A stretch of DNA of 64,000 bases, from the IMG/VR virus record IMGVR_UViG_3300038443_001768, one strand, 5' to 3'. The notes beneath the pieces are model-generated. The model ran no database searches. It had not been told where the DNA came from and saw only the letters and a list, made by a program, of their open reading frames with translations. Both the position numbers and the translations under genes were made by a program. This DNA is from a virus. Positions within the stretch are counted from its first letter, which is position 1; the number at the start of each line of letters is the position of its first letter. Shown one piece after another: positions 19,914 through 30,704 of this stretch.

Positions 19914-22124
19914 TTAGTAGCGTGAGCGCGCCTGCGTGACCGCGGCGAGTCGAGCGAGCAGCGATTCGAAGTCATTGCGTGTGTTGTCGATCGATACAGA
20001 CGCAGTTCGCTCGTCGTGGCTGTACGAGACGGTGTCGATGATTCCATCTCGTCCGACGCCGCCAACGTCGGGGTCTACGAGATTGGAGAAGCGTACGAGT
20101 TCGCCCGAGTACAACAACACCTCGGCAGGTGAGATCGGAGCCCCAGTCAGGGCCGAACGCACGCCTCTTCCGGTGACGCTCCACGAGCCCTTGAACGGCG
20201 TCCTAGACCGCAACGCTAGGAACACGTCGCCTAGCTGCTTCGCCGCGTTCACCGTCAACGGTGAAGACACCGTTAGGGTCGCTGTGCGGTTTCGTCCAAC
20301 GCGATCCAAAAGCGTAGGAACGGCACAATAGATTACGAAGTCGTCGTACCAGCGGTGCTTGCCGGTCGTCGTGGACGTCGCCTGTTCGAAGCGGAAGTAA
20401 ACACGATCGCCTGTGTAGGTCTCAAGCGGAGTCCACTGCACCTCAAACTGCTCCCAACGATTGACTACTTGGATGTCATTTGAGGCAATGCCTGCGGTGA
20501 TATTGAGCGGCGTCCAGGCAGGAGCGAGAAGCTGCCCGTTGTAGTAGGTCTCTCCGTCGCTGTAGCGCGCAGTGGCCGCGGCGGGATCATCGATCATGAT
20601 GTGCGGCTGGCCGGCGTGGCTGGAGATCGTCATGTCGTCCTGACGAGCCCAGTAGCGGAAGACGTATGTATGGTCCTTCTCAAACGTCATACCGCTCGTG
20701 AACTGGGTGTACACGAAGTCCGCCGTGTTCGTTGTCGCCCGAAGTGACCCGCCGGGCACACTGTGCGAGACCGCGCTATCCCAGGCCCAGCCCGCGCCGC
20801 CGCCAGCGCCTGTCCAGCCGCTGATGTTAGAGGCGAACAGTCCGTTCTGAAAGCTCGGGCTCGATCGTGCCACCAACTGCGTCGACAACGCGCTCTGCTG
20901 TGTCGTTCGACGGACAAGCAGGCTATTGCCGTCCGGTCCCGTTCCGGTCACGTCGACCCTGTTGAACATCTCCTCGGCTACATTGGCTGAGGCGTCGGAG
21001 AACTCAGAACCGGGCTCGTCGCCCGTCTCCAGTGTCGGTGTCGTCGGCTGCGGGGCAAACTTCAGCGCGCCGCCGACCTTGACCTTCGTGCGGTAGGCGT
21101 GAAAGGCGTTGGCGGCCTCGATGATCTCACGTACGGTTCGTGGCTCGCCGATTACGAAGTCGGGAATCTCAAAGGCTGTCGCCGCGATATCGGAGACGTC
21201 CTGCGTCAGATACGGCTGATGAGACAGCGCATCCTTGACCACGTCATCTGCGTGGAGAACGCTATCGCCGGCCGAGGAGAAAGCGTCGTCGCTGTAGCAG
21301 CGAACGGCCTTGATCATGATGACGTCGTCGGTCGTGGCTGTATAGGTGATGCCACCGTTGAAGACAAAGACTGCAACATAGCGGCGCTTGGTAGTGACGG
21401 TTCCGGTCAGTGTGTCGAATCCCGTCGTCTGTGGCGTCACGGAGGAGGCGGCGTAACCAGAGATGAAGTCTTCATACGTACCGGCCACGCCGCTGAGTAG
21501 ATTAGCCGGGTCGTCTGCGTTGCGTACGTAGATGTCGCCGCCGGTAGACATCGTGCCGGGGCCGCGGCCAACCTCGATCGCGACGGACTCAATCCACGAT
21601 GACGGGTCTGGACCAAAATCAGCGACCACGCCAGCGGCAGTTAGTGTTGTCCACGCTGAGCCGTTCGCCGCGCCAAGCGTGATAGCTCCGTCACCGGCCG
21701 AAGCCGTCAACGCCTGCGGCCACTTCGCGAGATTTGCGGTCGGCTGCCCGCGCACATCGCTCCAAACACCGAGGTCGGTCTGGACGTAGGTACGGGCGTA
21801 TGACTCGTCGTCGAGCGAGTACTGCTTTCCGCGCGCGGTCACCGCTACTGAGACTGAACTAGCAGAAATCGTCGTTGGGGTTTCCCAAACGTAGCCGTCC
21901 CAGACCACGGCTCCATCGACCTCAAGTTCGATTGGTGCGAACGCGTTGAGATTGAACGCCCCGCCTACCCTGGGATCTCGGCGCAGAGTAAACGTCAGCG
22001 TATCCGGCCCCCACTTGTTGGACGTCGCGGTGATTGCTTCAGGCCAAAAACCAGACCACGAGCCGGTTCCGATTTGCTCCCATTGGTCGCCGAGAGACTG
22101 GATTCGAATGACCGCCGACGACAC
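19914..22124 (-). CDS. Minor tail/hub protein with carbohydrate-binding-like insert
   Basis: Position after the distal-tail-like gene; beta-rich, with FQNGLFASNISGW (CBM-like); TAGTG overlap start. Confidence 0.7.
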   Translation of the reverse strand: MSSAVIRIQSLGDQWEQIGTGSWSGFWPEAITATSNKWGPDTLTFTLRRDPRVGGAFNLNAFAPIELEVDGAVVWDGYVWETPTTISASSVSVAVTARGKQYSLDDESYARTYVQTDLGVWSDVRGQPTANLAKWPQALTASAGDGAITLGAANGSAWTTLTAAGVVADFGPDPSSWIESVAIEVGRGPGTMSTGGDIYVRNADDPANLLSGVAGTYEDFISGYAASSVTPQTTGFDTLTGTVTTKRRYVAVFVFNGGITYTATTDDVIMIKAVRCYSDDAFSSAGDSVLHADDVVKDALSHQPYLTQDVSDIAATAFEIPDFVIGEPRTVREIIEAANAFHAYRTKVKVGGALKFAPQPTTPTLETGDEPGSEFSDASANVAEEMFNRVDVTGTGPDGNSLLVRRTTQQSALSTQLVARSSPSFQNGLFASNISGWTGAGGGAGWAWDSAVSHSVPGGSLRATTNTADFVYTQFTSGMTFEKDHTYVFRYWARQDDMTISSHAGQPHIMIDDPAAATARYSDGETYYNGQLLAPAWTPLNITAGIASNDIQVVNRWEQFEVQWTPLETYTGDRVYFRFEQATSTTTGKHRWYDDFVIYCAVPTLLDRVGRNRTATLTVSSPLTVNAAKQLGDVFLALRSRTPFKGSWSVTGRGVRSALTGAPISPAEVLLYSGELVRFSNLVDPDVGGVGRDGIIDTVSYSHDERTASVSIDNTRNDFESLLARLAAVTQARSRY

Positions 22125-24337
22125 TAAGCGACCCCTCGTCCAAGGTAATAGCGGGGCTGGACGCGCATTGTCACATACATGGGCTGTCCCGCCATCCACA
22201 CGTTCTCGCCAGCGGGCAGGGACGGATCGTCGGGAACCTGATCAGACGTCAGAACCAGTACCTGCGGCTCGCTGTCGCCCGCGATAGTGATCGCCGCGCC
22301 GCTCATACCGCGCGTCTTCGCGTACAGGTTCGGCGGCGTGTTTGATCCACCCGACGCGCCGGTCAGGTTCGAGTACACGCGACGTGACATGATGTTGCCG
22401 AGGCCGCCCGGCATAAACTTCGGGTACGTCGAATCCTGCACCTTACCAGTGGGGAGAACCGCGCGTCCCCGTACCGGTACGCCGGCCACCCAATCAAGCC
22501 CGAACGTGCCGCTTGATCCGTTCCCAGCGACGAACTGAAAGCTCAGAACCCAAGGGGTGCGGCTGAGCCGATCGACAGGAATCGACAAAATACCGAGTCG
22601 ATGGATACGCCAACCCGAACCAGTCGCTAGAAGACGACCGTTGGAGCCCCACTCTGAGGTGTAGCGGTGTGAGATTTCGCCGGCCCCTAGCGGCAACGCC
22701 GACGGAGTCGAAGTCAAAGAAGTCAGGCCGCCGCTCTGATAGAGACGAGCCCACAATTCGATCCTCACCTCGTCTGTGAAGTCGTCTGGGCTGACAATGC
22801 TTGGGTCGACGAGGACGTTGAACACCCACAAATCGGGAGAGCCGACAGCACTATCCCAGAGCAGGTTGCCGCTGGAGGCGGCGACGTTAGCCGAGACGCC
22901 CGTGAATCCGATCGGCCCGATGCCGAAGTACGCCGGGTACGTCGTTGTGTCTGTGTCCCACAGGCCGAACGGCTGCGATGCCTGAGCGATTCCGTTCGAG
23001 CCCGCGTTGATCGCCAGCGGCGTCATAGCTGGGCGCTCCCACCAAGACAGCATCGCCCACCCTAGGGAACCACCCGAAACCGTCGATGAGATGTCGGCCG
23101 CGACGTCGATGTCCACCAGCGCAGGAGCCGAGCCCGGCACATGACCAAAACTGGTCTGTCCAGGAACGAAGTAGGCGGCGGGCTGAGATCCGTTGTAGTT
23201 GAAGCCAGAGACGAACGGGTCGAGCCACCAACGCCGGACCTTCTGGGTCGCGGTGTCGCCGACCGGATCGATAGCAAAGCCGTAGGCACCGTCCGCGGCG
23301 AGCGCGGCGTCGCCAGAAGACAACGTTGTTGAGATTCTAGCCGACGAGGTAGCGCCAATGTCGGTGCGGTTCGGGAACCAGTAATCTACATCAGAGTCGG
23401 CCGGCAACGGGAAGAGGTCGGCGCGCACGACGGTGCTTCCGGTCGAACCGCTAACGATTCGCGACGCCCTCAAAACGTAAGTGCCGGCCGAGATAGCAGA
23501 AGTTGTTGCGACCGCAATCTGAGAGTCGACGCCGCCGGTGACCTTACGGATCTCGACGTTGTTGGTTGCGTAGTTCCAGCGCGCGTAGATACGATCGCCG
23601 TTGGTGGCCTGGCCGAGAATCAGAGACGCCGACCCGGTGGCGCTCGCGCCGACCGTGACAGCGACGGCCGCCTCGCCCTGCCGGTAGGTGTATCCGCGCG
23701 ACCACAGGAAGGTCTTCAGTCCGCTGGCGGCAAAGACAAGATCACCGTTGGCGTCAACATAGGTCGCTGGCGGTGTATGGGCTGCGTCGGTGACCGTGTA
23801 CTCATCTAGACCATTATTGGTCGTACCGGGAACGCCTACGCGGTCGGGACGAGCCCAGTCCTCGTAAATCCATGTCTGGTCACCGACAGCTAGTGGTGCG
23901 ATTTGAAGCTGAGCAGCCATGTGGATACGCTTTGTGCCACTGAACTCGATCCAGCGATACTTCAGTGAAGGTGACTGGGCACAACGAATCTCTGAGTATC
24001 GAGAACGAACAGCGCCCTCAGGCCTCCACTCGATGAAATACGCGCCGTTTGGGTCGGTTAGTTGAGCAGAGATAGACTCCGCTAGATCAAGCGCGGCCGT
24101 GCTAGATGTTCCATCGCCGACGTACCACTCACACTCAAAGACGCCGTTGTCGTGCGTCTCCGAGACAGACTCAGCGCCTTCCCAGCGGCGGCCACTCGCT
24201 GCGGTCTGGGTGTTAGTCTGGCCGGGAGTAAAACTCAAGGCGTCACGAAGGACGGTCACGTTGACCCCGTCGTTGAGATCCTGAGCAACAATCGGTCGGC
24301 CGTTAGCGCCGAAGTAGACAAGCCTAAGTCGATCCAT
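22124..24337 (-). CDS. Minor tail (distal tail-like) protein
   Basis: Directly follows the tape measure gene; 737 aa, beta-rich. Confidence 0.7.
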   Translation of the reverse strand: MDRLRLVYFGANGRPIVAQDLNDGVNVTVLRDALSFTPGQTNTQTAASGRRWEGAESVSETHDNGVFECEWYVGDGTSSTAALDLAESISAQLTDPNGAYFIEWRPEGAVRSRYSEIRCAQSPSLKYRWIEFSGTKRIHMAAQLQIAPLAVGDQTWIYEDWARPDRVGVPGTTNNGLDEYTVTDAAHTPPATYVDANGDLVFAASGLKTFLWSRGYTYRQGEAAVAVTVGASATGSASLILGQATNGDRIYARWNYATNNVEIRKVTGGVDSQIAVATTSAISAGTYVLRASRIVSGSTGSTVVRADLFPLPADSDVDYWFPNRTDIGATSSARISTTLSSGDAALAADGAYGFAIDPVGDTATQKVRRWWLDPFVSGFNYNGSQPAAYFVPGQTSFGHVPGSAPALVDIDVAADISSTVSGGSLGWAMLSWWERPAMTPLAINAGSNGIAQASQPFGLWDTDTTTYPAYFGIGPIGFTGVSANVAASSGNLLWDSAVGSPDLWVFNVLVDPSIVSPDDFTDEVRIELWARLYQSGGLTSLTSTPSALPLGAGEISHRYTSEWGSNGRLLATGSGWRIHRLGILSIPVDRLSRTPWVLSFQFVAGNGSSGTFGLDWVAGVPVRGRAVLPTGKVQDSTYPKFMPGGLGNIMSRRVYSNLTGASGGSNTPPNLYAKTRGMSGAAITIAGDSEPQVLVLTSDQVPDDPSLPAGENVWMAGQPMYVTMRVQPRYYLGRGVA

Positions 24338-27300
24338 TAGTATCCAGCACCAAAGCGCGTAGTGGGACGGTATCCCTGAAGTGACTGACCAGCCGTCGCG
24401 GCCCGGCCGATCGCGTCAAGTGTGCGCGTATCTCCGGGGTGGAGGGTGTTGACGACGACTGTTGTTCCTCCGAGTCGAGCAAGGCCATTAGAGGCAAACG
24501 GTCCCTGGCCGCCCAGACCAAGCAACGCGCCCAGGGCTGTGTAACCGCCCCGCCCGAGGTCGCCACTGCCGGTGAACACCGACAGCAACGACTCGGCTAC
24601 CTTCTGCGCCCGCGCCGCTGTCGCAGCGTTTGTCGTAGCCTGAGCCAGCAGTGCCTGCTGGTCAGGGCTCTGTGCGGTGTCTCCGGTTCCGTTGAGGGCT
24701 GCGATTGCGGCGGTTGCGTCGTTGATCCCAGAGGTCGCCTCGGAGATCATGTTGTAGGCTTGCTCGTCGTTTCCAGGAATAGAGTCGTGTAGAAGCGCGT
24801 CTGCGGCCTTGAGTTCGTCCTTGTAGCCGGAGATCTTATCGTTGTAGCCCTGGATCTGGAGCGCCTTGTCGCCATTGAGCACGCCCTGGCCGATCTCCGC
24901 GTCGCCCTTGGCGATGCTGAGCGAGCCTGGCGTGTTATCTCCACCGCCTCCGCCAGCGCCCCCACCTCCGGAGCCGCCGACCGCGGTTCCGTCGCTACCG
25001 GCCTCGGAGGAGGCCTTGCCGGCGACACCATCGATGTCAGCCTGGGTATCAGCGATGTCTGCGCCGATGTTGCGGTAGTCGAAGCCGGCGTCCTTCTGGC
25101 GCGAACGGAAGTTGGTGAAATCCTCAACCGAGCCGTCGTGGATCTTGGTCTCGCGGCGGATCTCGCCCTTGATGGCCTTGAGTCGGCTGGTCCACTCATG
25201 GACCTTCTTCTTGTTCGGCTTTTTCTTATTGCGCTCGTTGTCGATGGCCTTCTGAAGACGCGTCTGCTCCTTCGTCAAGGCATGCAAATTCGACGACGAG
25301 TCGCGGCGGGCCTTCATCAACTCGTTCAACGCCTGAGGCAGGTACTTGACCTCTTCAGCGATCGTTGACTGGAGGTTCTCCTGCCAACCCTTTAGGGTCT
25401 TGAGCTTACCTGCGTAGGAGTTGACTAGGTCCTGGTCGACGACGTAGATATCGTTGCCGAGCCCGTCAGTCTTGCCGCTCTTCTTGAGGAACGTGTCCGG
25501 CTCCTTGATCGAGCGCTCCTGAAGATCGATCTCCTTACCTAGATCCTCCTCCTTCTCTTGAAGCTGCTTGACGTACTGAGCCTTCGGCGACGCCGTGTTG
25601 AGGCGTAGTCCCTTTCCGAATCCAGCGCCCTTGATATTGGTCTTACGCTTACCGGTCTTGTAGGAGCCGGGTTCACGCGGCGTGAACTTCGTCGGGTAGA
25701 ATCCAGGTCCAGTGGTCGGGTCGTCGGCCGTGCTGGGACGATTGGTGGGCTTGTGGATGATGCCCCTACCGCCGGCAAACATCGAGATTCCTGTGTCTCT
25801 GGCGAACTGCTTGAACAACTCGATGCCGCGCGCGCGGTGACGCGGCTCGGTTGGAATAACCGACTGAGACGGCTTCAGATCCATCATGGTAGGCCCATCC
25901 ACGCGGACAACTAGACCACTCTTGTGATCGGCGACATACTCAGGCGCACCCTGCCAACGCGAGCCCTCGCCGACCAACGCTCGCTCAGATCCTCCGGGAC
26001 CGCGTCCCGCCGCCAGGTGCGCAGGGCCTCCAGTAGCGCCGTGGAAACGCGAGTATACATCCTGATAGATCGGCTGCCCGGCCTTGGCGCGCAGCGAATT
26101 CAGCATCGCCGACGCACCGTCGTGGGCGACGATGTTGACGACCTTTGGAGGTAGCCGGAATCCAAGGATGCGAGCCAAGCGTGCAAGAACGTTGCCGCCG
26201 CCCTTTTCGAGCAACTGCTGAGTCTTCGGACCGAGCTTGATGCCCATGATCTTAGCCAGCAACGCGAGCGCCTTCGGGCCACCGGCGGTGGCGATCTGCT
26301 GCTCCTTACGGGTCAACTTGGTGCCCTTGATGCCTTGCAAGACCTCAACTGCGTGCTTGCCGCCACGCTCAGCAATCGTCAGGTTTGTGCGAATGTCTCG
26401 CACTGCGCGAAGACGACGAATCGCCTGCTCAGCGTTCTTCGAGTTGACGACAATGTCGGTGACGATCTTGGTGGGCGCTCCCGACTTGAGCGCTCGGTTC
26501 GCGTTAGACGCGACGCGGCCAGCGTCCTTAGGGTCGGCGAACTTCAACGCGACGCGCTTGGCCAAACTCTGCGAGCGTCTATAGAGATTTGCGAGCGCTG
26601 TGTTAGCAGCGCCGCTCGCGGCCACCAATCCGTGAAGCTCTCGCTGGTAGTTGAGCGCGTCGGCAATCGCCTGACGAGCAGCATGCCCCTGGGCGACCAA
26701 CGTTTGGTGATACTTGTCTTCGGCCTTAGCGGCTAGGGTCGTCGCGTCGGCTAGCTTCTTGCGCTTATCCTCAATGACATTAGCGCCCTCGCCGTCCTTG
26801 AGCGCGCGATCGAGATCCTTCTGCGCGCTGGTTACACGGTCTGTGGCCTTCTGCCAGTTTTCGAGGCTCTTCTTCTGCTTATCACGAGAGTCAATGATCG
26901 CCTGGTCGGCGTCGCGCTTCAGTGCCGCAGCCTTCCTGACGCCATCCTCATAGCTCTGTCGCTGCTGTAGAGCAGTATTGAGTTGCTGAAGCTTGTCCTT
27001 GTACTCCTGCGTTCCCTGCTTGCCCTCACGGTCGAGCTTGTTCAACTGCTTCTTCAGGGCCGCTACACGACCAAGTGCCTGCTGATAGTTGTACTGCGCC
27101 TGCCCGGCGATCAGCGTCGCCTCGGACGAAAGCGCTACGTGCGAGTTGAAGTCCTTGTTGACCTTATCTGTGTCCTTGATCGAATCCTTCAGCTTCTGAA
27201 GGCCAGTCTTCATGGTTGCGATCTTGTAGGCCGCAAACCCGCCCGCCGCGGCTAGCGCAGACAGCCCGCCAGTCAACACGATGCTTGCGCCGCTTAGCTC

Positions 27301-29832
27301 ACCGATAGCTGCTCCTGAGCCAACAGCAGCGCCGCGTAGTAGGTTCAACTCAGTTGTTGACTTACCGGCTACGCGCTCAATCGCCGAAAGCCCCTTAGCG
27401 CCGGCCGCGCCCTCTCCGACGCCGAGCGCAAGCTGCTCGCCAACATTGATAGCGGTCTTGGGCTTACGGACACGACCGAAGATGTTGCTGGCCGCGCCGC
27501 CGGTGAGGAAATCAACCGCCGCGCCTCCTAGCTTGATCGCTCCTAGCGCCTTGAACGCCGCTCCAAGTTCCTTGACAGCATCGACGACTGAGAGAACCTT
27601 ACCGGCCAGCGTACCAGCAAGGAAGATGCCGAACGCACCAACCAAGAGATCACGGACACCCTTGAACCTTGAGAGTTCGGCGATCCAACGCCCGAACGTT
27701 GCCGACACGTTCAGGATGATGTCCGAGAACGGACGCATGATGGTCGCCCACTCGACAAACACCTGAGCCAACGGCTTCAGGACACTGTAGAGGTCCTTGG
27801 TTGTGTCGATGGAGTCCCTGAAGAAGCTACCAAGACCATCGGGATTAGAGCGAATGTTGGCAGAGATCCGGTCCATGCCATCGGCGATCGAGTTGAGGAA
27901 GTCGATTCCGCCTCCTCGGCCGGCAGCGACACCGAAGAAGGTCGCCAAAAGGCGGGTCGCCGAACCAGTGATGTGGATGAGGGCCTTGAATCCGTCAACC
28001 ATCACACGGACGGCGTTCTTCGCGCCGACCGACTTCGAGGCCTTGTTGACGTTGTCGGCCCAATCGGAGAAGCCCCTTGATAGGCCAGGTAGATAGTTGG
28101 AGAAGTCAGACGCGATGTGACCGAAAGCAGCACCCAATGAGACCAAGCCGTGCAGGAGCGGCGTCAACGATCGGTTGGCGTTCTCGAAAATATTGTTGAG
28201 GGTGTCGCGTCCGCCCTTGCTGCGCAGACGCTGGAACGCCTCGGTGATGCCATCGGCGGCGCGCGTCATGAACCCACGCGTGCGAGCCGCGAATGACGGC
28301 AGCAACTTGTCAGCAGTCTTGATGCCCTCACTGAAGACCTGACCGAAAGCCTTATCGGCGGCTGGGCGTGTCGCAGACTGGAATGACTTCTTGAGCTTCT
28401 CCAGCCCCTTGAAGGCCTCCGCGGTCTGCTTCGGCATGTGAGCGAAGACAGAGTTCAACTGCTCCTGGGCAGTCTTGGCCTGCTTGGACTTACTGCCGTA
28501 CTTGGCGACCGCGTCGTTGTACTTCTTCTGCGCTGCGAACGCGAGCTTCAGGTTGTCCTTGACCGGCTTCAACGCGATCGCAGCGCCCGCGACGAGCGGA
28601 ACGAATCCGGTCAACGCCGCCGTGCCCAGCCCGACGCCCCCAGCGAGGCCAACACCGATCGCGCCAGCGAGTGCCCCAACCGCACCAGCGACGCCGATGA
28701 CGACAGGTCCGAGCAGTGTCAGTGCTCGTACAGCGCCTCCGATTGTTGACGTGAATGGGCCAAGACGCACCGTGGTATCTGAGAGCGCTGCCGCCCAACG
28801 TGACAACGCCTTTGTTCCACGTTCATCGACATCGAACGACAGGTGAGGCGGCGGATGACCGAGACGATGCAGTCGCTCTTCGAGCCGGCTTAGTTCCTCG
28901 TCGTGAGCCTCAATCTTGATGTCGATCTTGTCGCGCTCGTGCTTGTCGATGAAGATGCGGTTACGCTTGTCGACGAGCTTTTGACGGCGCTCAAGCAGAT
29001 CGACGTAGCGGACCGTGTCGCGCTTCACTGTCTGAAGCTCGCGCTCACGTCGCGCGGCGGCGTCACTGACCGCCCTCTCTTCAATCCTGGCGGCTCGTAC
29101 GGCGGCCTTGACCCGCTCATTCTCGGTCTTGATTTCCGCGGCGCGGGCACGCTCAGATGCGCGCGCGGCGCGGGCCGCAGCCTGCTCGCGGGCGCGTAGA
29201 TCCTTCGCCTCGGCGTCACGGATCGCCTTTGCGGTCTTCTCGAACTGACGCTGCTTCTCGTATTCGGCGCGCCGTGTTGCCTCAACAGCCGCGGCAAGGC
29301 GCTTCTGCTCGGCCTTGACCTCGGCCTCACGTGCCTTCTTGCCTACCTCGGCGCGCTTCTTGGCCGCATCCTCGGCGGCGCGGACCGCGTCTTGCTCGGC
29401 CTTCTTGATCGCGTCGGCGGTCTTCTTGGCCTGCGCAGTACGAAGCTGTGCGATCTTCTTCTCGTTATCCGCTACCGCCTTGACGCGATCCTCGTCAAGC
29501 TGCGCGATGCGGTTGAAGGCCTTGACGTTCTCGGCCTCGTACTGCTTGATGCGGCGCGACGCGTTCGCGAACCCAGCGTTGGCCTTACGGATATCGACGT
29601 CGAGCGTAGCTGTTGCGCGCTCGCGGTCCCAGCGCTCCTTATCAGCCTGCGCCTTGCGTAGCTTGGCGTAGAACTCAGAGGTGTTGGCACCCAGACGTAG
29701 CTCAGCTTCCTTGCGATCAAGCTTCGCCATCGTTCGGTCGAACTGAGCTTCGACCTCCTTGAGTTCACGGCCAACGTTGCTGTCGACTTCGACAACGATC
29801 TTACCGTGTCCTAGGATTTCCTCTCCTGCCAT
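24337..29832 (-). CDS. Tape measure protein
   Basis: 1831 aa, Ala/Lys coiled-coil with hydrophobic Gly/Ala segments, downstream of the tail tube and chaperone genes. Confidence 0.92.
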   Translation of the reverse strand: MAGEEILGHGKIVVEVDSNVGRELKEVEAQFDRTMAKLDRKEAELRLGANTSEFYAKLRKAQADKERWDRERATATLDVDIRKANAGFANASRRIKQYEAENVKAFNRIAQLDEDRVKAVADNEKKIAQLRTAQAKKTADAIKKAEQDAVRAAEDAAKKRAEVGKKAREAEVKAEQKRLAAAVEATRRAEYEKQRQFEKTAKAIRDAEAKDLRAREQAAARAARASERARAAEIKTENERVKAAVRAARIEERAVSDAAARRERELQTVKRDTVRYVDLLERRQKLVDKRNRIFIDKHERDKIDIKIEAHDEELSRLEERLHRLGHPPPHLSFDVDERGTKALSRWAAALSDTTVRLGPFTSTIGGAVRALTLLGPVVIGVAGAVGALAGAIGVGLAGGVGLGTAALTGFVPLVAGAAIALKPVKDNLKLAFAAQKKYNDAVAKYGSKSKQAKTAQEQLNSVFAHMPKQTAEAFKGLEKLKKSFQSATRPAADKAFGQVFSEGIKTADKLLPSFAARTRGFMTRAADGITEAFQRLRSKGGRDTLNNIFENANRSLTPLLHGLVSLGAAFGHIASDFSNYLPGLSRGFSDWADNVNKASKSVGAKNAVRVMVDGFKALIHITGSATRLLATFFGVAAGRGGGIDFLNSIADGMDRISANIRSNPDGLGSFFRDSIDTTKDLYSVLKPLAQVFVEWATIMRPFSDIILNVSATFGRWIAELSRFKGVRDLLVGAFGIFLAGTLAGKVLSVVDAVKELGAAFKALGAIKLGGAAVDFLTGGAASNIFGRVRKPKTAINVGEQLALGVGEGAAGAKGLSAIERVAGKSTTELNLLRGAAVGSGAAIGELSGASIVLTGGLSALAAAGGFAAYKIATMKTGLQKLKDSIKDTDKVNKDFNSHVALSSEATLIAGQAQYNYQQALGRVAALKKQLNKLDREGKQGTQEYKDKLQQLNTALQQRQSYEDGVRKAAALKRDADQAIIDSRDKQKKSLENWQKATDRVTSAQKDLDRALKDGEGANVIEDKRKKLADATTLAAKAEDKYHQTLVAQGHAARQAIADALNYQRELHGLVAASGAANTALANLYRRSQSLAKRVALKFADPKDAGRVASNANRALKSGAPTKIVTDIVVNSKNAEQAIRRLRAVRDIRTNLTIAERGGKHAVEVLQGIKGTKLTRKEQQIATAGGPKALALLAKIMGIKLGPKTQQLLEKGGGNVLARLARILGFRLPPKVVNIVAHDGASAMLNSLRAKAGQPIYQDVYSRFHGATGGPAHLAAGRGPGGSERALVGEGSRWQGAPEYVADHKSGLVVRVDGPTMMDLKPSQSVIPTEPRHRARGIELFKQFARDTGISMFAGGRGIIHKPTNRPSTADDPTTGPGFYPTKFTPREPGSYKTGKRKTNIKGAGFGKGLRLNTASPKAQYVKQLQEKEEDLGKEIDLQERSIKEPDTFLKKSGKTDGLGNDIYVVDQDLVNSYAGKLKTLKGWQENLQSTIAEEVKYLPQALNELMKARRDSSSNLHALTKEQTRLQKAIDNERNKKKPNKKKVHEWTSRLKAIKGEIRRETKIHDGSVEDFTNFRSRQKDAGFDYRNIGADIADTQADIDGVAGKASSEAGSDGTAVGGSGGGGAGGGGGDNTPGSLSIAKGDAEIGQGVLNGDKALQIQGYNDKISGYKDELKAADALLHDSIPGNDEQAYNMISEATSGINDATAAIAALNGTGDTAQSPDQQALLAQATTNAATAARAQKVAESLLSVFTGSGDLGRGGYTALGALLGLGGQGPFASNGLARLGGTTVVVNTLHPGDTRTLDAIGRAATAGQSLQGYRPTTRFGAGY

Positions 29833-29854
29833 CTGGGTGCCTCACCTCCTCCTA

Positions 29855-30074
29855 TTACTTAGCCGCAGCGCGCAGGCGATCCAAGCCCTCGCGGTCGTTC
29901 TTCCAATCCTCGACCTCGCGCCGCTTCTCTGCGTCCTTAGCCTCCTTCGCAACCTTCAGCGACACCGCCTCCATGATCATGTAGTCGATCACGTCGTCAG
30001 AGTCCATCTGAGGCCAAGGACGGCCTGATTCCTTGAACGTCCGCCAGAGCCTAGTCGCCGTAGTCGAGGCCACG
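29855..30074 (-). CDS. Tail assembly chaperone frameshift extension (GT-like)
   Basis: Open +1 frame overlapping the end of 30051-30485, immediately upstream of the tape measure gene. Confidence 0.65.
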
Positions 30075-30485
30075 AAATCGCCGCCACTCTGCCGAGCGGT
30101 GCAGGCCTGCGATGTGGTTTCCGAGCGCATCGAGGTCGCGCTGGCGGGTTCCAATCTCGACGAGAAGCTCGATGTCCTCGTAAGGGAGGTCGGCGACGTC
30201 GTCGGCGGTGATCGAGGGCTCCTTGACCATCGTCGTGACTAGCAGTGAGAAGAACTCAGCCTGCTCGGCGAGAAGCTCCCGCGTGATCGTCTCCTTCTGA
30301 ATCGCGCCGATTGCAGCATCGAGGAGATTGTTGGGGATCGACCCGTTCTTCACCATCTGGGGAAGGTTGGGGATCGTGATTGTGACCTCGGTACCGCTGG
30401 GAAGCGTTACCTCGTGAACGCCGGCCTTCTTCCAGGCCGATGCGTCTCTAGGCTTCGTTACTACCGTCGTGTCGCTGCTGCTCAT
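30051..30485 (-). CDS. Tail assembly chaperone (G-like)
   Basis: Between the tail tube and tape measure genes; AGGAGG SD. Confidence 0.75.
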   Translation of the reverse strand: MSSSDTTVVTKPRDASAWKKAGVHEVTLPSGTEVTITIPNLPQMVKNGSIPNNLLDAAIGAIQKETITRELLAEQAEFFSLLVTTMVKEPSITADDVADLPYEDIELLVEIGTRQRDLDALGNHIAGLHRSAEWRRFRGLDYGD

Positions 30486-30650
30486 CCTGTGCCTCCTGGG
30501 CTGTGGTTTCTGAGTCCCGCATTCTCGCGAGTGACTGGACTAGCAAGCGGGACTCCCGCTGTACTCGCTTCGCCTGCGCTAGAGCTAGCTCAAGCCGTGC
30601 GTTGTTGTCCATGTATTAGAAGAATACACAAATCAGCGGCATAAAATGAA

Positions 30651-30674
30651 GAAGGCCGCGCAGTGGCGGCCTTC
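30651..30674 (-). terminator. Terminator after the major tail gene
   Basis: GAAGGCCGC-loop-GCGGCCTTC plus U-rich tail on the - strand. Confidence 0.65.
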
Positions 30675-30704
30675 AGGTCCATGGCGGTAGCGAAGCGCCT
30701 AGGT

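Noticed and set aside
30051-30154. Canonical -1 slippery heptamer for the tail chaperone
   Set aside because: The downstream ORF is in the +1 frame and no X XXY YYZ motif lies in the overlap
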